This document shows, in pieces, positions 18,775-27,230 of a stretch of DNA of 64,000 nt. Each line of letters starts with the position of its first letter. Within the stretch, counting starts at the first letter, position 1. A program made the position numbers and the translations under genes. The notes under the pieces are model-generated. The model made no database searches, was not told the DNA's origin, and saw nothing but the letters and a program-made list of their open reading frames with translations. Source of the DNA: a virus; IMG/VR virus record IMGVR_UViG_3300043313_000346, positions 1-64,000 of that record. One strand, written 5' to 3'.

Positions 18775-18962
18775 GCGATTCCCAAACCACAGAACAGGGT
18801 TTGGGAATGGGACAATTACCCCAATGATTTCAACGTCAATATTTGCACCAGACAATACGGCTTCTTGTCGCTGGTGCATGGAAAATCAAGGGGTTACAAA
18901 TCCCAAACCGGATAAGATGATCCCACACGCTTATTCGGTGTTCTTTCATCGTTCCCAAACCG
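18775..18962. other. attP-like site
   Basis: AT-rich gap directly after int. Arm-type TCCCA(A/C)AC repeats (18780, inverted ~18799, 18901, 18921, 18953), IHF box AATCAAGGGGTTA at 18884-18896, and a central imperfect palindrome at 18844-18878. Confidence 0.75.
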
Positions 18963-19008
18963 CCGTGCCCCGTGACAGGGTGCGGCGGTTTTTTAATGGA
19001 GGATTCTG

Positions 19009-19704
19009 ATGCGCCCATTGAACGCCGCGATCGCCGACATTCCGCTGCCTGATCGGATGCGCCGGCTGCCAGTGAGCGACACCGGGTTTCCGGTCCCGTG
19101 GTTCGTCGAATGGATCGACGACAAGCCGGATTTCCGCGTGATGGATTCACGCAAATGGGTCCGCGCGGTGAAGCTCGATTTATGTTGGTTGTGCGGCGCG
19201 ACACTGGGCCGCTTCAAGGTGTTCACCGCTGGCCCGATGTGCGCCGTCAACAGGACGTCGGCCGAGCCGCCATCGCATCGTGGCTGCGCCGAATACGCCG
19301 TGAAGGCGTGCCCGTTCCTGACCAAGCCGCGCATGCGCCGCAACAACACGGACCTGCCAGAGCAGCACCAGAAGCCCGGCGGGCTCATGCTGGAGCGCAA
19401 CCCCGGCTGCACGCTGCTGTGGATTTGCCACGACTATCGGGTGATCAAGACCGACGGTGGGCCGATCATCAAGATGGGCGAGCCGGTCGAGATCGTCGCC
19501 TATGCCGGCGGCGGGCTCGCGACGCGCGCAGAAGTCGACGCCTCGATCGCGTCCGGCCTGCCGCTGCTCAAAGCTGAATGCTTCAACGAAGACGACAGGC
19601 GCGTGCTCGCGCGCCAGATGGAGCGCGCCGAAGCGGTGTTCAAAACGAAACTGAAGACGGTGGTCACCGAGAGCGATCGCGCTGCGCTGGCGGGGCGTGC
19701 ATGA
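19009..19704 (+). CDS. Hypothetical Cys/His-rich protein
   Basis: GFPVPWFV, CWLCG and EPPSHRGC..ACPFL; GGAGG RBS. Confidence 0.75.
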   Translation: MRPLNAAIADIPLPDRMRRLPVSDTGFPVPWFVEWIDDKPDFRVMDSRKWVRAVKLDLCWLCGATLGRFKVFTAGPMCAVNRTSAEPPSHRGCAEYAVKACPFLTKPRMRRNNTDLPEQHQKPGGLMLERNPGCTLLWICHDYRVIKTDGGPIIKMGEPVEIVAYAGGGLATRAEVDASIASGLPLLKAECFNEDDRRVLARQMERAEAVFKTKLKTVVTESDRAALAGRA

Positions 19705-19925
19705 GCGAGAAATTCACGCTCTCGCCGGCTGCGGCCGGCAACTTCGTTATCGGGCTGTCGAGTCCGATGTATTGCGCGAAGATCACCGCCGACGGTGTGG
19801 TCTTCATCGACTGGAAGGCCACCGAGAACGCCGCCGCAAATCTCAAGCCCACCGATGCGATGACGCTCGCCATCGTGCGCCTGATGCTGGCGATCCGCGA
19901 CGGCACGTTCAAGCCGTTGGAATGA
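19701..19925 (+). CDS. Hypothetical protein
   Basis: ATGA overlap. Confidence 0.6.
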   Translation: MSEKFTLSPAAAGNFVIGLSSPMYCAKITADGVVFIDWKATENAAANLKPTDAMTLAIVRLMLAIRDGTFKPLE

Positions 19926-19938
19926 AGGGAGCAAGATC

Positions 19939-20523
19939 ATGGACACGCAGAGCATCACCCTCGATCCGTCAAAGGCGCGCGAACTCTGGCGTGCCTATCG
20001 CAAGCATCAGCACTACAGCGAGCCGATCGACCGCGAGATCATGGCGGCCTATCAGAAGCTCGCGCAGGGCAAGCTGATCATCAAGGCGCTCGACTCGATC
20101 GTGAAGGCCGGGCTCGGTGCCGATCGACTGCCCAAGCTCGCGCTGGTGCGCGCCGACAAGAAGGCGTGCCGCTGCACCATGGACGCCAACGGCTCGGCGG
20201 TGATGTCGGCTGAAGGCTACGACGTGCCGTGGCGTGGTGATGCGCCGCCGAACTCCTGCTACTTTCGCTGGCCTGCGGGGACGTTCTCCGGTGCAGCCAC
20301 ACGCTACGGCGGGCGCGCGATCACACCGCTGATCCCGATCGACCATCGGCCCAAGCGCGGGCTCGCGAACTATCACATCTTGTTCGAGGCCGAATGGTCG
20401 CGCGTGCCGCCGCGCGATCCGTATCTGCTGCGCCGCATCGGCAAAAGCGATATGTGGGTTGTGCTGGCTATGTGGGACTTGACCGAGATCGAGCGCGCGG
20501 CGCTGGCGGCGCGGATCGCATGA
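19939..20523 (+). CDS. Hypothetical protein
   Basis: RBS present; C-terminal DPYLLRR..WDLTEIE. Confidence 0.7.
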   Translation: MDTQSITLDPSKARELWRAYRKHQHYSEPIDREIMAAYQKLAQGKLIIKALDSIVKAGLGADRLPKLALVRADKKACRCTMDANGSAVMSAEGYDVPWRGDAPPNSCYFRWPAGTFSGAATRYGGRAITPLIPIDHRPKRGLANYHILFEAEWSRVPPRDPYLLRRIGKSDMWVVLAMWDLTEIERAALAARIA

Positions 20524-20948
20524 GCGACGACGCCAAGGCGGGATGGGAAGTCGAAGGCTTCATCGAGCGGCTGACCCGGCGCGATGACAGCAACAGCGAG
20601 CGGCTTGTGCTCGAAGCCGTCTCGCACTTGCGCGCGTTCTCGCGCGACTGCGACGCGCTGCGCGCCGCTCGCCATACCGACTCGCAGCGCATGGTCGCAA
20701 TGGCTGATAACTACGAACGGCTCGACGACAGGGTGTCCGATCTCACCGAAGCGCTGCAGCGGATCGCGCAATGGGCCGACGCCTATCCGCTCGCCGTGTT
20801 TCCCGAACCTGATCTAGCGAAGGCTGCAGCGGTGCTGCGCATGCACGGCATGACGATCGACGGCATCAGCGCGCACGTTGCCCGCCACGTCGTCGAGGGC
20901 GTCGGCAAGATCGCGCGCGAGGCTCTAGGGGAGTCCACCAATGGCTAA
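20520..20948 (+). CDS. Hypothetical protein
   Basis: ATGA overlap. Confidence 0.6.
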   Translation: MSDDAKAGWEVEGFIERLTRRDDSNSERLVLEAVSHLRAFSRDCDALRAARHTDSQRMVAMADNYERLDDRVSDLTEALQRIAQWADAYPLAVFPEPDLAKAAAVLRMHGMTIDGISAHVARHVVEGVGKIAREALGESTNG

Positions 20949-21123
20949 AGCATCATGGACGATCTGCCCGGGCTGCGGACGCGGTCGCGGCGAGGATCAC
21001 AAGCGCGACTGCGAGCATGGCAAGCCGCCGCCGATCCGCGACTATAGCAAGCTCGAAAACAATCGCGGGCCAGAGACAATGCGCGGCGTGCCGGTGCCGC
21101 TGCAGCCGGTGACGGAGGAATAG
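20941..21123 (+). CDS. Hypothetical small zinc-binding protein
   Basis: CPGC..H..C; GGAG RBS. Confidence 0.55.
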   Translation: MAKASWTICPGCGRGRGEDHKRDCEHGKPPPIRDYSKLENNRGPETMRGVPVPLQPVTEE

Positions 21124-21127
21124 CCCG

Positions 21128-21721
21128 ATGGCTGAAGACACAAGCATCGAGCCGATCCGCAAGCTCAACCGAAACGAGTCGCACGACCTGTCGATGATCA
21201 TCAAGGATCGCGCGAAAGTTTTGAAGGCGTACATCGAAGAGGAAGCGGCGCGGCACATCGCGGACTTCGAGCAGCACATCTCGACGGTCTATAAATTCGA
21301 TGAGGATGAGGTCTGGCGCGAAGCCGCCGAGAAGGCGGCAGAGGTCGTCGCCGAAGCGAATAAGAAGATCATGGCGCAATGCAAAAAGCTCGGCATCCCG
21401 GCGGCGTTCGCGCCCGGGCTCTCGCTGCAATGGGCTGGCCGTGGTCAGAACATGATGCAGAGCCGGCGCCAAGAACTGCGCGCGGCTGCGATGACGCGCA
21501 TCGAGGCGATGAAGCGCCGCGCCGCCACCAAGATCGAACAGCAGTCGCTCGATCTGCGCACGCAGGTCGTCGCGATGGCGATCGTCTCACCGCAGGCAAA
21601 GATGTTTCTGGAGTCGCTCGCGCCGGTGAGCGAAGCAATGGGCTCGCTCGATTTCAAGGCGATCGAGAGCGAGATCAGCAAGCGCGACGAAGTGCGCCGG
21701 CTGCGCTACGGGGAAGACTGA
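21128..21721 (+). CDS. Hypothetical helical protein
   Basis: GGAGG RBS; 197 aa. Confidence 0.7.
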   Translation: MAEDTSIEPIRKLNRNESHDLSMIIKDRAKVLKAYIEEEAARHIADFEQHISTVYKFDEDEVWREAAEKAAEVVAEANKKIMAQCKKLGIPAAFAPGLSLQWAGRGQNMMQSRRQELRAAAMTRIEAMKRRAATKIEQQSLDLRTQVVAMAIVSPQAKMFLESLAPVSEAMGSLDFKAIESEISKRDEVRRLRYGED

Positions 21722-22074
21722 TGGATCACATCGACGCCATCGTGTTCGCGATCGAGGCTCTCGGCTTCAACATCGGCGACAACGATCTTGAGCGGCGCGC
21801 GAAGGCGAGCTTCGTCGTGCAGGCGTTGACGCTGGTGGGATGCAAGATCGTCACGTCAAAAGAGATCGCGGATTTGATCGAGGCGCTGCGGCCGTTCACC
21901 GAAGTCCCGCCGCATTCTCCACCGGAGCGCAAGCTGTTGGTTGTCGATGCTGGTAATGGACCGTGGCACCTAAAACAAATCGCATTCGACAACGCCCGCG
22001 CGGCGATAACCGCAGGCGCGCGCAATCCTGATCCGCCCGCCGATCATGGTTCGGTGATCCGGAAGAACCTGTGA
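21721..22074 (+). CDS. Hypothetical protein
   Basis: TGATG overlap. Confidence 0.6.
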   Translation: MDHIDAIVFAIEALGFNIGDNDLERRAKASFVVQALTLVGCKIVTSKEIADLIEALRPFTEVPPHSPPERKLLVVDAGNGPWHLKQIAFDNARAAITAGARNPDPPADHGSVIRKNL

Positions 22075-22259
22075 TGAAGCATGCTTCGAACCGAAACGCT
22101 TGGGCGATCGGCACGCAGAAGCGCAACGGCTTCCATGTGCGTCGTGTCGTGTGGGGCATGCTCATGGCTAGCGTCGAGCGCCGGCCGGACGAAGAAATCC
22201 GCAAGGCCGTTATCATCGTCTCTGGAAAACGCTCGCGACCGATCAAGGTATTCGAATGA
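22071..22259 (+). CDS. Hypothetical protein
   Basis: Coupled ORF. Confidence 0.5.
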   Translation: MMKHASNRNAWAIGTQKRNGFHVRRVVWGMLMASVERRPDEEIRKAVIIVSGKRSRPIKVFE

Positions 22260-22468
22260 TCGAGACCCTCGCCGTCATCGAATACGAGCACACGCTTGGG
22301 CACGTCACCGCCGGCATCGTGCTGTTCGACGACGTCGTCGTCGAGGCGGCGCCGATCGTGAACTACATGAAGCGCGGCAAGTGGACACGCGCGCGCGTGC
22401 GGGCATACTGCGCCGACAAGGGATGGAAGATTAGCGTGGTTCACCAACTCGAACGGGAGAGACCGTGA
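22256..22468 (+). CDS. Hypothetical protein
   Basis: ATGA overlap. Confidence 0.6.
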   Translation: MIETLAVIEYEHTLGHVTAGIVLFDDVVVEAAPIVNYMKRGKWTRARVRAYCADKGWKISVVHQLERERP

Positions 22469-22496
22469 TGCCGAGCGACCGCGACGGAGGAACAAG

Positions 22497-22739
22497 ATGA
22501 GCACCAGAGCCACGAATTTCGTGTCTTGGCTTCTTGAGGACGTTGACAGCGTTCACGCCGAGGCAGGCACCCCGCGTGATGAGCAGTTGCGCGAGTTCGA
22601 GCGCGACGGGTTTCTCCGGTTCTCGGGCTGCACACGCGGAACGAACAATTACGAAATCGTCACGGGCGGCTTCCGCGCATTTTGGGAAGCAGCCGCCGTA
22701 CACGGCCGCGCGCCACACATGGACGAGGAGCGAAAATGA
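22497..22739 (+). CDS. Hypothetical protein
   Basis: GGAGG RBS. Confidence 0.55.
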   Translation: MSTRATNFVSWLLEDVDSVHAEAGTPRDEQLREFERDGFLRFSGCTRGTNNYEIVTGGFRAFWEAAAVHGRAPHMDEERK

Positions 22740-22972
22740 TGAAGCCGAACGGAGAGGAGTTGCGCGCCTTCGATGACGCCGGGATGCCCGCCTCATGGTC
22801 GGCGGGACGGCCAACTGTCGAAATTGTCCGCAACGTTATTCAAGCAGCATGTGATGGCGTTATGAGCGCGCAATCGGCCGCAGAGGTGATGTTCTCTCTG
22901 TTCCGCCGAGAGATTGAGGCGCCCGAAATGTGCTGGCACACGAACGCCGCGCGCATGGACGAACAGCGATGA
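22736..22972 (+). CDS. Hypothetical protein
   Basis: ATGA overlap. Confidence 0.55.
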   Translation: MMKPNGEELRAFDDAGMPASWSAGRPTVEIVRNVIQAACDGVMSAQSAAEVMFSLFRREIEAPEMCWHTNAARMDEQR

Positions 22973-22999
22973 CCGGGCAACGAACGGGAGAGACCATAA

Positions 23000-23266
23000 A
23001 TGCCGAGCTTGGACTTCAACCTCAACGGCGATAATTGCTGGCCCGATCTTCGCGAGAAGGAAGTGATCGAGTTGATGGGCGACGGTGCGCCACCGATCGG
23101 CGTCGCGCTGCTCGACAACGGCATGACCAGCGGCAGGCCGAGCATCACGCTGCGCCTCGATCTTCCCGATGGCCGCGTCGTGATGACCGAGACCAGCGCG
23201 CGGCTGTTCTGCACCGCTGCGCGCATGATCATGGCGAAGCATCCCGATCTGTTCGAGGGAGACTGA
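23000..23266 (+). CDS. Hypothetical protein
   Basis: GGAG RBS. Confidence 0.65.
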   Translation: MPSLDFNLNGDNCWPDLREKEVIELMGDGAPPIGVALLDNGMTSGRPSITLRLDLPDGRVVMTETSARLFCTAARMIMAKHPDLFEGD

Positions 23267-23267
23267 C

Positions 23268-23549
23268 ATGCACACGAAAGATTTTCTCGCGCAGGAATTA
23301 CAGAAGGCCGGGCTCGACGAAATGGCTGCCAAGGCGGCTGATGGGTACTATCACGATTTCCTCTCGCCGCTCGACACACCGGAGCTTCAGCTATTGGCAG
23401 ACTTGCGCGCGATCGGCACGCCGGCAGCCGAAGCGCTCGCGGCTCGCCATCTCACCGGCGAGTTCGATGCGAGCAAGGAAGAGAGCGACGCATGGGCGCA
23501 GAGTCCCGAAGGACAGGACGCATTCGGCAAGCTGATGAGGGGCTCATGA
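23268..23549 (+). CDS. Hypothetical protein
   Basis: GGAG RBS. Confidence 0.65.
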   Translation: MHTKDFLAQELQKAGLDEMAAKAADGYYHDFLSPLDTPELQLLADLRAIGTPAAEALAARHLTGEFDASKEESDAWAQSPEGQDAFGKLMRGS

Positions 23550-23782
23550 TCTTCACCGGCAAAGTGACAGGTCTGGCCGAAGGCTCGACGTTCATTGTCC
23601 GGCGCTACTTTGACGGACGCCGCGACGGCTATCAGCACGGCTGGAGTCAAACAGGCTACCGTGTGACGCGTCGCTTGACGGACAGTGTCGAAGCCGAAAC
23701 CACGGTGATCGGCATGGGCGACGCGAGCCTGCCTATCTTTCAGGTCGTGGGTCCGGATCACAGCCGGCTGGCGCCGTGGTGA
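23546..23782 (+). CDS. Hypothetical protein
   Basis: ATGA overlap. Confidence 0.5.
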   Translation: MIFTGKVTGLAEGSTFIVRRYFDGRRDGYQHGWSQTGYRVTRRLTDSVEAETTVIGMGDASLPIFQVVGPDHSRLAPW

Positions 23783-23961
23783 TCAGAACCGGCGCCGACT
23801 GGCTCAAGCTGCCGCTCAAATTGCGACAACGCTGGTGGCGTGAGACGGACTACGGTAAACGCGAGCCGAGCGACGATCTGAAAAACGAGATCGAGAAAAT
23901 CCTTTCAGCGGTTGGGGCAATCCATGAAGCTGACCAAGCGCCAAAGCGAACTGGTGTGTGA
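23776..23961 (+). CDS. Hypothetical protein
   Basis: Coupled ORF. Confidence 0.5.
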   Translation: MVIRTGADWLKLPLKLRQRWWRETDYGKREPSDDLKNEIEKILSAVGAIHEADQAPKRTGV

Positions 23962-24184
23962 ACTGTCGAAGGGGCTGTCGAACAAGGCGATAGCGCGCAA
24001 CCTCAATGTCACCGAAGGCACGGTGAAAATGATGCTGCATCTTCTCTACGCCAAAACCGGCACCGCCAACCGCACCGCGCTCGTGATGCAGTGTGCGCTT
24101 GCCGAGTCCGGGAAAGCAGCCGAGCAAATCATTGCACTATCACCGGGCCAAGCAGCAACGGCCCCGGCTCGACTTGACCCGTAG
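23924..24184 (+). CDS. LuxR-type HTH regulator
   Basis: LTKRQSELV..GLSNKAIARNLNVTEGTVK..LYAKTG..NRT. Confidence 0.85.
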   Translation: MKLTKRQSELVCELSKGLSNKAIARNLNVTEGTVKMMLHLLYAKTGTANRTALVMQCALAESGKAAEQIIALSPGQAATAPARLDP

Positions 24185-24365
24185 CTTCGTAGCGCTGCAG
24201 CGCGGCGAACGTGGCGGCCGATGTTGCGAAGCGGATGAACTTCGTTTCCAGTTCGATCAGGGTGAAGTGCTCGAACAGATGCACGTCGATCACGTCACCC
24301 GGGAACGTGCGCTTGATTGACTCTTCGATCGGCTCGCAGCGATAGCGCTTCCCATACTCCGTCAT
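24129..24365 (-). CDS. Hypothetical protein (single reversed gene)
   Basis: GGAG RBS on the minus strand; operator-like boxes upstream. Confidence 0.5.
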   Translation of the reverse strand: MTEYGKRYRCEPIEESIKRTFPGDVIDVHLFEHFTLIELETKFIRFATSAATFAALQRYEATGQVEPGPLLLGPVIVQ

Positions 24366-24396
24366 GGCATGCTGACTCCGGTTGATGGCGCGATGC

Positions 24397-24437
24397 TGTC
24401 ACATGGTGTCGCAAGGCTATTATCACAAAATGTTACA
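24397..24437. promoter_or_regulatory. Two operator-like boxes
   Basis: TGTCACA-TGG-TGTCGCA and TATCACA-AAA-TGTTACA. Confidence 0.6.
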
Positions 24438-24669
24438 TCGGTGCCATACGGCTTTCTTGAATCGCACTCGCTCAAAACCGTTCAAGATGTCCAGCATCCA
24501 TCGCACCTAATGATTTTTTTCTGCGCGAGTTGTCGCTGTGCCACGCGGAGTCGCGTCGGCAAAAACGATCCGATTCCGAAAAGTTGAAAAGTCGATTTGC
24601 TATATTGCTCGTGTCGCAGTCAGAGAGCGACGGGCTGTTTGAAATGCAAAATCTGAAATGGAGACGAAC

Positions 24670-24930
24670 ATGGCGCAAGCCATCGACACGACGAACTATG
24701 TCTACCTTGCAATGACCGCGAACTTTTGGGCGTCCTCGAAAACGAGCGAGGAAGCTGCGGTGCGATCTCTTCGGGCTCAAGCCGGATCGTCACAGGTCAC
24801 GAAGTATGGATGGGTCACCTATCACATCCATCCTGACTTCGAGGTCTGCGGGATCAACGGCGACGTGATGACGCCGATCGGTCACAAGGCGATCAAGCTC
24901 ACCGACAAGATCAAACGCAAGGCGGCATAA
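24670..24930 (+). CDS. Hypothetical protein
   Basis: AAATGGAGA RBS; TGCTATATT extended -10-like element upstream. Confidence 0.65.
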   Translation: MAQAIDTTNYVYLAMTANFWASSKTSEEAAVRSLRAQAGSSQVTKYGWVTYHIHPDFEVCGINGDVMTPIGHKAIKLTDKIKRKAA

Positions 24931-24999
24931 AGCAAAGAGCCCGGGACGTGGACGCGTCCCGGGCCCCTCACTCGCAACGCAAGTACATGGAGACCTAAC

Positions 25000-25500
25000 A
25001 TGCAGACCATACCACTACGCGAACGACGCCACCAGCAAGCGCTCAAGGATCGCGCCCGGCTGGAGCGACAACGCGACGACACGCTCGACAAGCTCAGCCG
25101 CATCGCCGCCAAGCTCAAGGCGGTGCGCCGATCGGTCGAGCGCTACGAGCGAACGCCGATGCACCCGGTGAAGCCTGAGCCTCTCGCGGTGACGATCTTC
25201 CGCGAGATGGCAAAGGACGCGCCCGCTGCATCGGTGAACGTCGAGCCGCCGGCGCCGACACCAGCGCCGCAAGCAGCCGCGCCAGTGCCCGCGCCGGCGA
25301 GCGTCGACGATGACATGCCGGACTTCCTTCGGCGCTCGAAGCCCGATGCCGTCGGTGAAGCGATCGCCGCTGAGCAGGAAGCGAGGCGCAAGGCCAAGGC
25401 GCACGGGCGCATCGCGACGCTGAAGGCCAAGAAAAGCGGCGCCACCAAGCAGATGCCGCTCGAAGGCAAGGCCGCGCTCGCCGCGATCCGGGGCGGATAA
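25000..25500 (+). CDS. Hypothetical protein
   Basis: ATGGAGA RBS; coiled coil, Pro/Ala linker and DMPDFLRR motif. Confidence 0.7.
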   Translation: MQTIPLRERRHQQALKDRARLERQRDDTLDKLSRIAAKLKAVRRSVERYERTPMHPVKPEPLAVTIFREMAKDAPAASVNVEPPAPTPAPQAAAPVPAPASVDDDMPDFLRRSKPDAVGEAIAAEQEARRKAKAHGRIATLKAKKSGATKQMPLEGKAALAAIRGG

Positions 25501-25520
25501 AAAACCCGCGCTACCCCAGC

Positions 25521-25549
25521 AAAGCCGCCCTTCGGGGCGGCTTTTTCTT
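25521..25549 (+). terminator. Rho-independent terminator
   Basis: AAAGCCGCCC-TTCG-GGGCGGCTTTTT hairpin with U-tract. Confidence 0.85.
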
Positions 25550-25597
25550 GTGTGTTTTCAGCCGCTTGCCAAAGGCAAAAAAGATGTGGCTGGCCTC

Positions 25598-25626
25598 TTG
25601 TGTCACATCATGTGACATGCCATATA
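25598..25626 (+). promoter_or_regulatory. Sigma70-like promoter overlapped by a perfect operator palindrome
   Basis: TTGTGT-N17-CATATA, with TGTCACA-TCA-TGTGACA (25601-25617) overlapping the -35 box and spacer. Confidence 0.65.
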
Positions 25627-25629
25627 CGT

Positions 25630-26018
25630 CTCTCGTTACTTGATTGGTTGCTCCCCTGCGGTGCCTTCGGGCGCTCACTTGACGAGGGGGGTCCGGCACC
25701 AGACCCGGTTGATTGATGAGCATCGCTCTCACAGCCGCACCGCTCCCCTCAGAAGGATCGGCTCAGTCACTGCCCGGGGTACCAGTAAAATGGCCACACC
25801 AATTTCACTGCAGAACATGCGGACGCAACGCGTCGCGCGAACACTGCAGCCACCTCCCCGACGAATAGCGGCGCGCACGCACGATGCGCGCACGGTGCGA
25901 GGACAGACGACGCAATGGTCAAGAGCGCGAGGGCGCGGCCATGACGAAGACGACACGGTCAAGAGCACGAGGGTGCGACCCTGTTGATGCTGACACTGCG
26001 CGGCGCCACGCGCCGCAG
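25630..26018 (+). ncRNA. Candidate long structured leader RNA
   Basis: About 390 nt without a convincing ORF; multiple hairpins, including two tandem covarying hairpins at 25917-25940 and 25957-25980. Confidence 0.4.
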
Positions 26019-26114
26019 TGACCACTGAAGAGCGGCGACCAGACGAAGGCGCGCCGCTTCACAGTGTTCATGCACTCGCGCCTCGCAACGGCGCGCCAAC
26101 AAATGGAGAATGCA
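26019..26114 (+). repeat. Structured intergenic cassette element, copy A
   Basis: TGACCACTG..GAGCGGCG..CGCCGCTTC-ACAGTGTTCATGCACT-GCGCC-TCGCAAC-GGCGC..AAATGGAGA. Confidence 0.85.
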
Positions 26115-27140
26115 ATGACTGCTCTTCTGAACGAAGTTGAATGCACGATCGCGGAAGCGGCTGTGCTGCTCGAAAGGCAACTTGCCAAGGGCAAGCCCGT
26201 GATGATGTGGGGCGCGCCCGGGCTCGGCAAGTCGGCGATCGTCTGGCAGCTTGGCGCCAAGCAGGGCCGCAAGGTGATCGAGTATCGCGCCAACCTGCGC
26301 GAGCCGGTCGACGTGCGCGGCATCCCGGTGCCCGATCTGGTGAGCGGCACGACACGCTGGCTTGTGCCGGAAGACCTGCCGAACGCCGAGCGCGACGGCG
26401 AGTTCGGTTACCTGTTCCTCGACGAGATCAACACGGCGTCGCCGCAGATGATGGCGGTGCTGTTCGGTCTCGTGCTCGATCGGCGCATCGGTGACTACGT
26501 GCTGCCGGCTGGCTGGCAGATCATCGCTGCCGGCAACCGCGTGAGCGATCGCGCGGCGGCTCAACGGATGCCGACGGCGCTGCGCAACCGCTTCTCGCAT
26601 CTGACCGTACTGCCCGACGTCAACGCGTGGGCGGTGTGGGCGAACGCGAACGGTGTGGCGCCTGAGATGGTGGCGTTCGTCCGCTTGCGGCGCGAACTGA
26701 TCCACCGGATGCCGCGCGGCGATGAGAACGCATTCCCGACGCCGCGCTCGCTGACGGCGGCTGCGGAGTTCGTTGACGAGCCGAGCATCGCGCTGCGGCA
26801 AAAGCTGTTCGCCATGCACGTCGGCAATGACGTCGCCGGCGAGTTGAACGGCTTCATCGAGCTTTATCAATCGCTCGGTTCGCTCGACGACATCGTCGCC
26901 GATCCTGCCAATGCGAAGGTGCCCACCGAACCTTCGCAACTCTACGCGGTCTGCACCGGGCTCGCGCGTCTCGCGACGCGAAAGAACTGGTCGCAGATCG
27001 TGACCTATGCCGAGCGGCTGCGCGGCGAGCATCAAGTTCTGCTCGTGCATGACGCCGTGATGCGTGACCCGAAGCTGAAAGAGACGTCGGCCTATTCCAA
27101 GTGGGCCGTCGCCAATCAGGGCGCGCTGATGCAATCGTGA
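26115..27140 (+). CDS. MoxR-like AAA+ ATPase
   Basis: Walker A GAPGLGKS, Walker B LFLDEIN, AAGNR and ALRNRF. Confidence 0.9.
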   Translation: MTALLNEVECTIAEAAVLLERQLAKGKPVMMWGAPGLGKSAIVWQLGAKQGRKVIEYRANLREPVDVRGIPVPDLVSGTTRWLVPEDLPNAERDGEFGYLFLDEINTASPQMMAVLFGLVLDRRIGDYVLPAGWQIIAAGNRVSDRAAAQRMPTALRNRFSHLTVLPDVNAWAVWANANGVAPEMVAFVRLRRELIHRMPRGDENAFPTPRSLTAAAEFVDEPSIALRQKLFAMHVGNDVAGELNGFIELYQSLGSLDDIVADPANAKVPTEPSQLYAVCTGLARLATRKNWSQIVTYAERLRGEHQVLLVHDAVMRDPKLKETSAYSKWAVANQGALMQS

Positions 27141-27230
27141 GCAGTAAGGGCGGCGCCGTGTGCGCCGCCCCATAGTGCCCATGCACTGCGCCGTCGCAAC
27201 CGGCGCCAACCTTTCAAATGGAGATTCCCA
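27138..27230 (+). repeat. Structured intergenic cassette element, copy B
   Basis: Starts at the upstream TGA. GGGCGGCG..CGCCGCCC; AGTGC-CCAT-GCACT; GCGCCG-TCGCAAC-CGGCGC; AAATGGAGA. Confidence 0.85.

Noticed and set aside
18773-19009. 78-aa ORF after the integrase
   Set aside because: It is AT-rich and made of arm repeats and IHF boxes, so it is better explained as attP.
25630-26018. tRNA/tmRNA or known riboswitch
   Set aside because: I could not recognise a cloverleaf, a T-loop GTTCRA with acceptor stem, or a known aptamer core.
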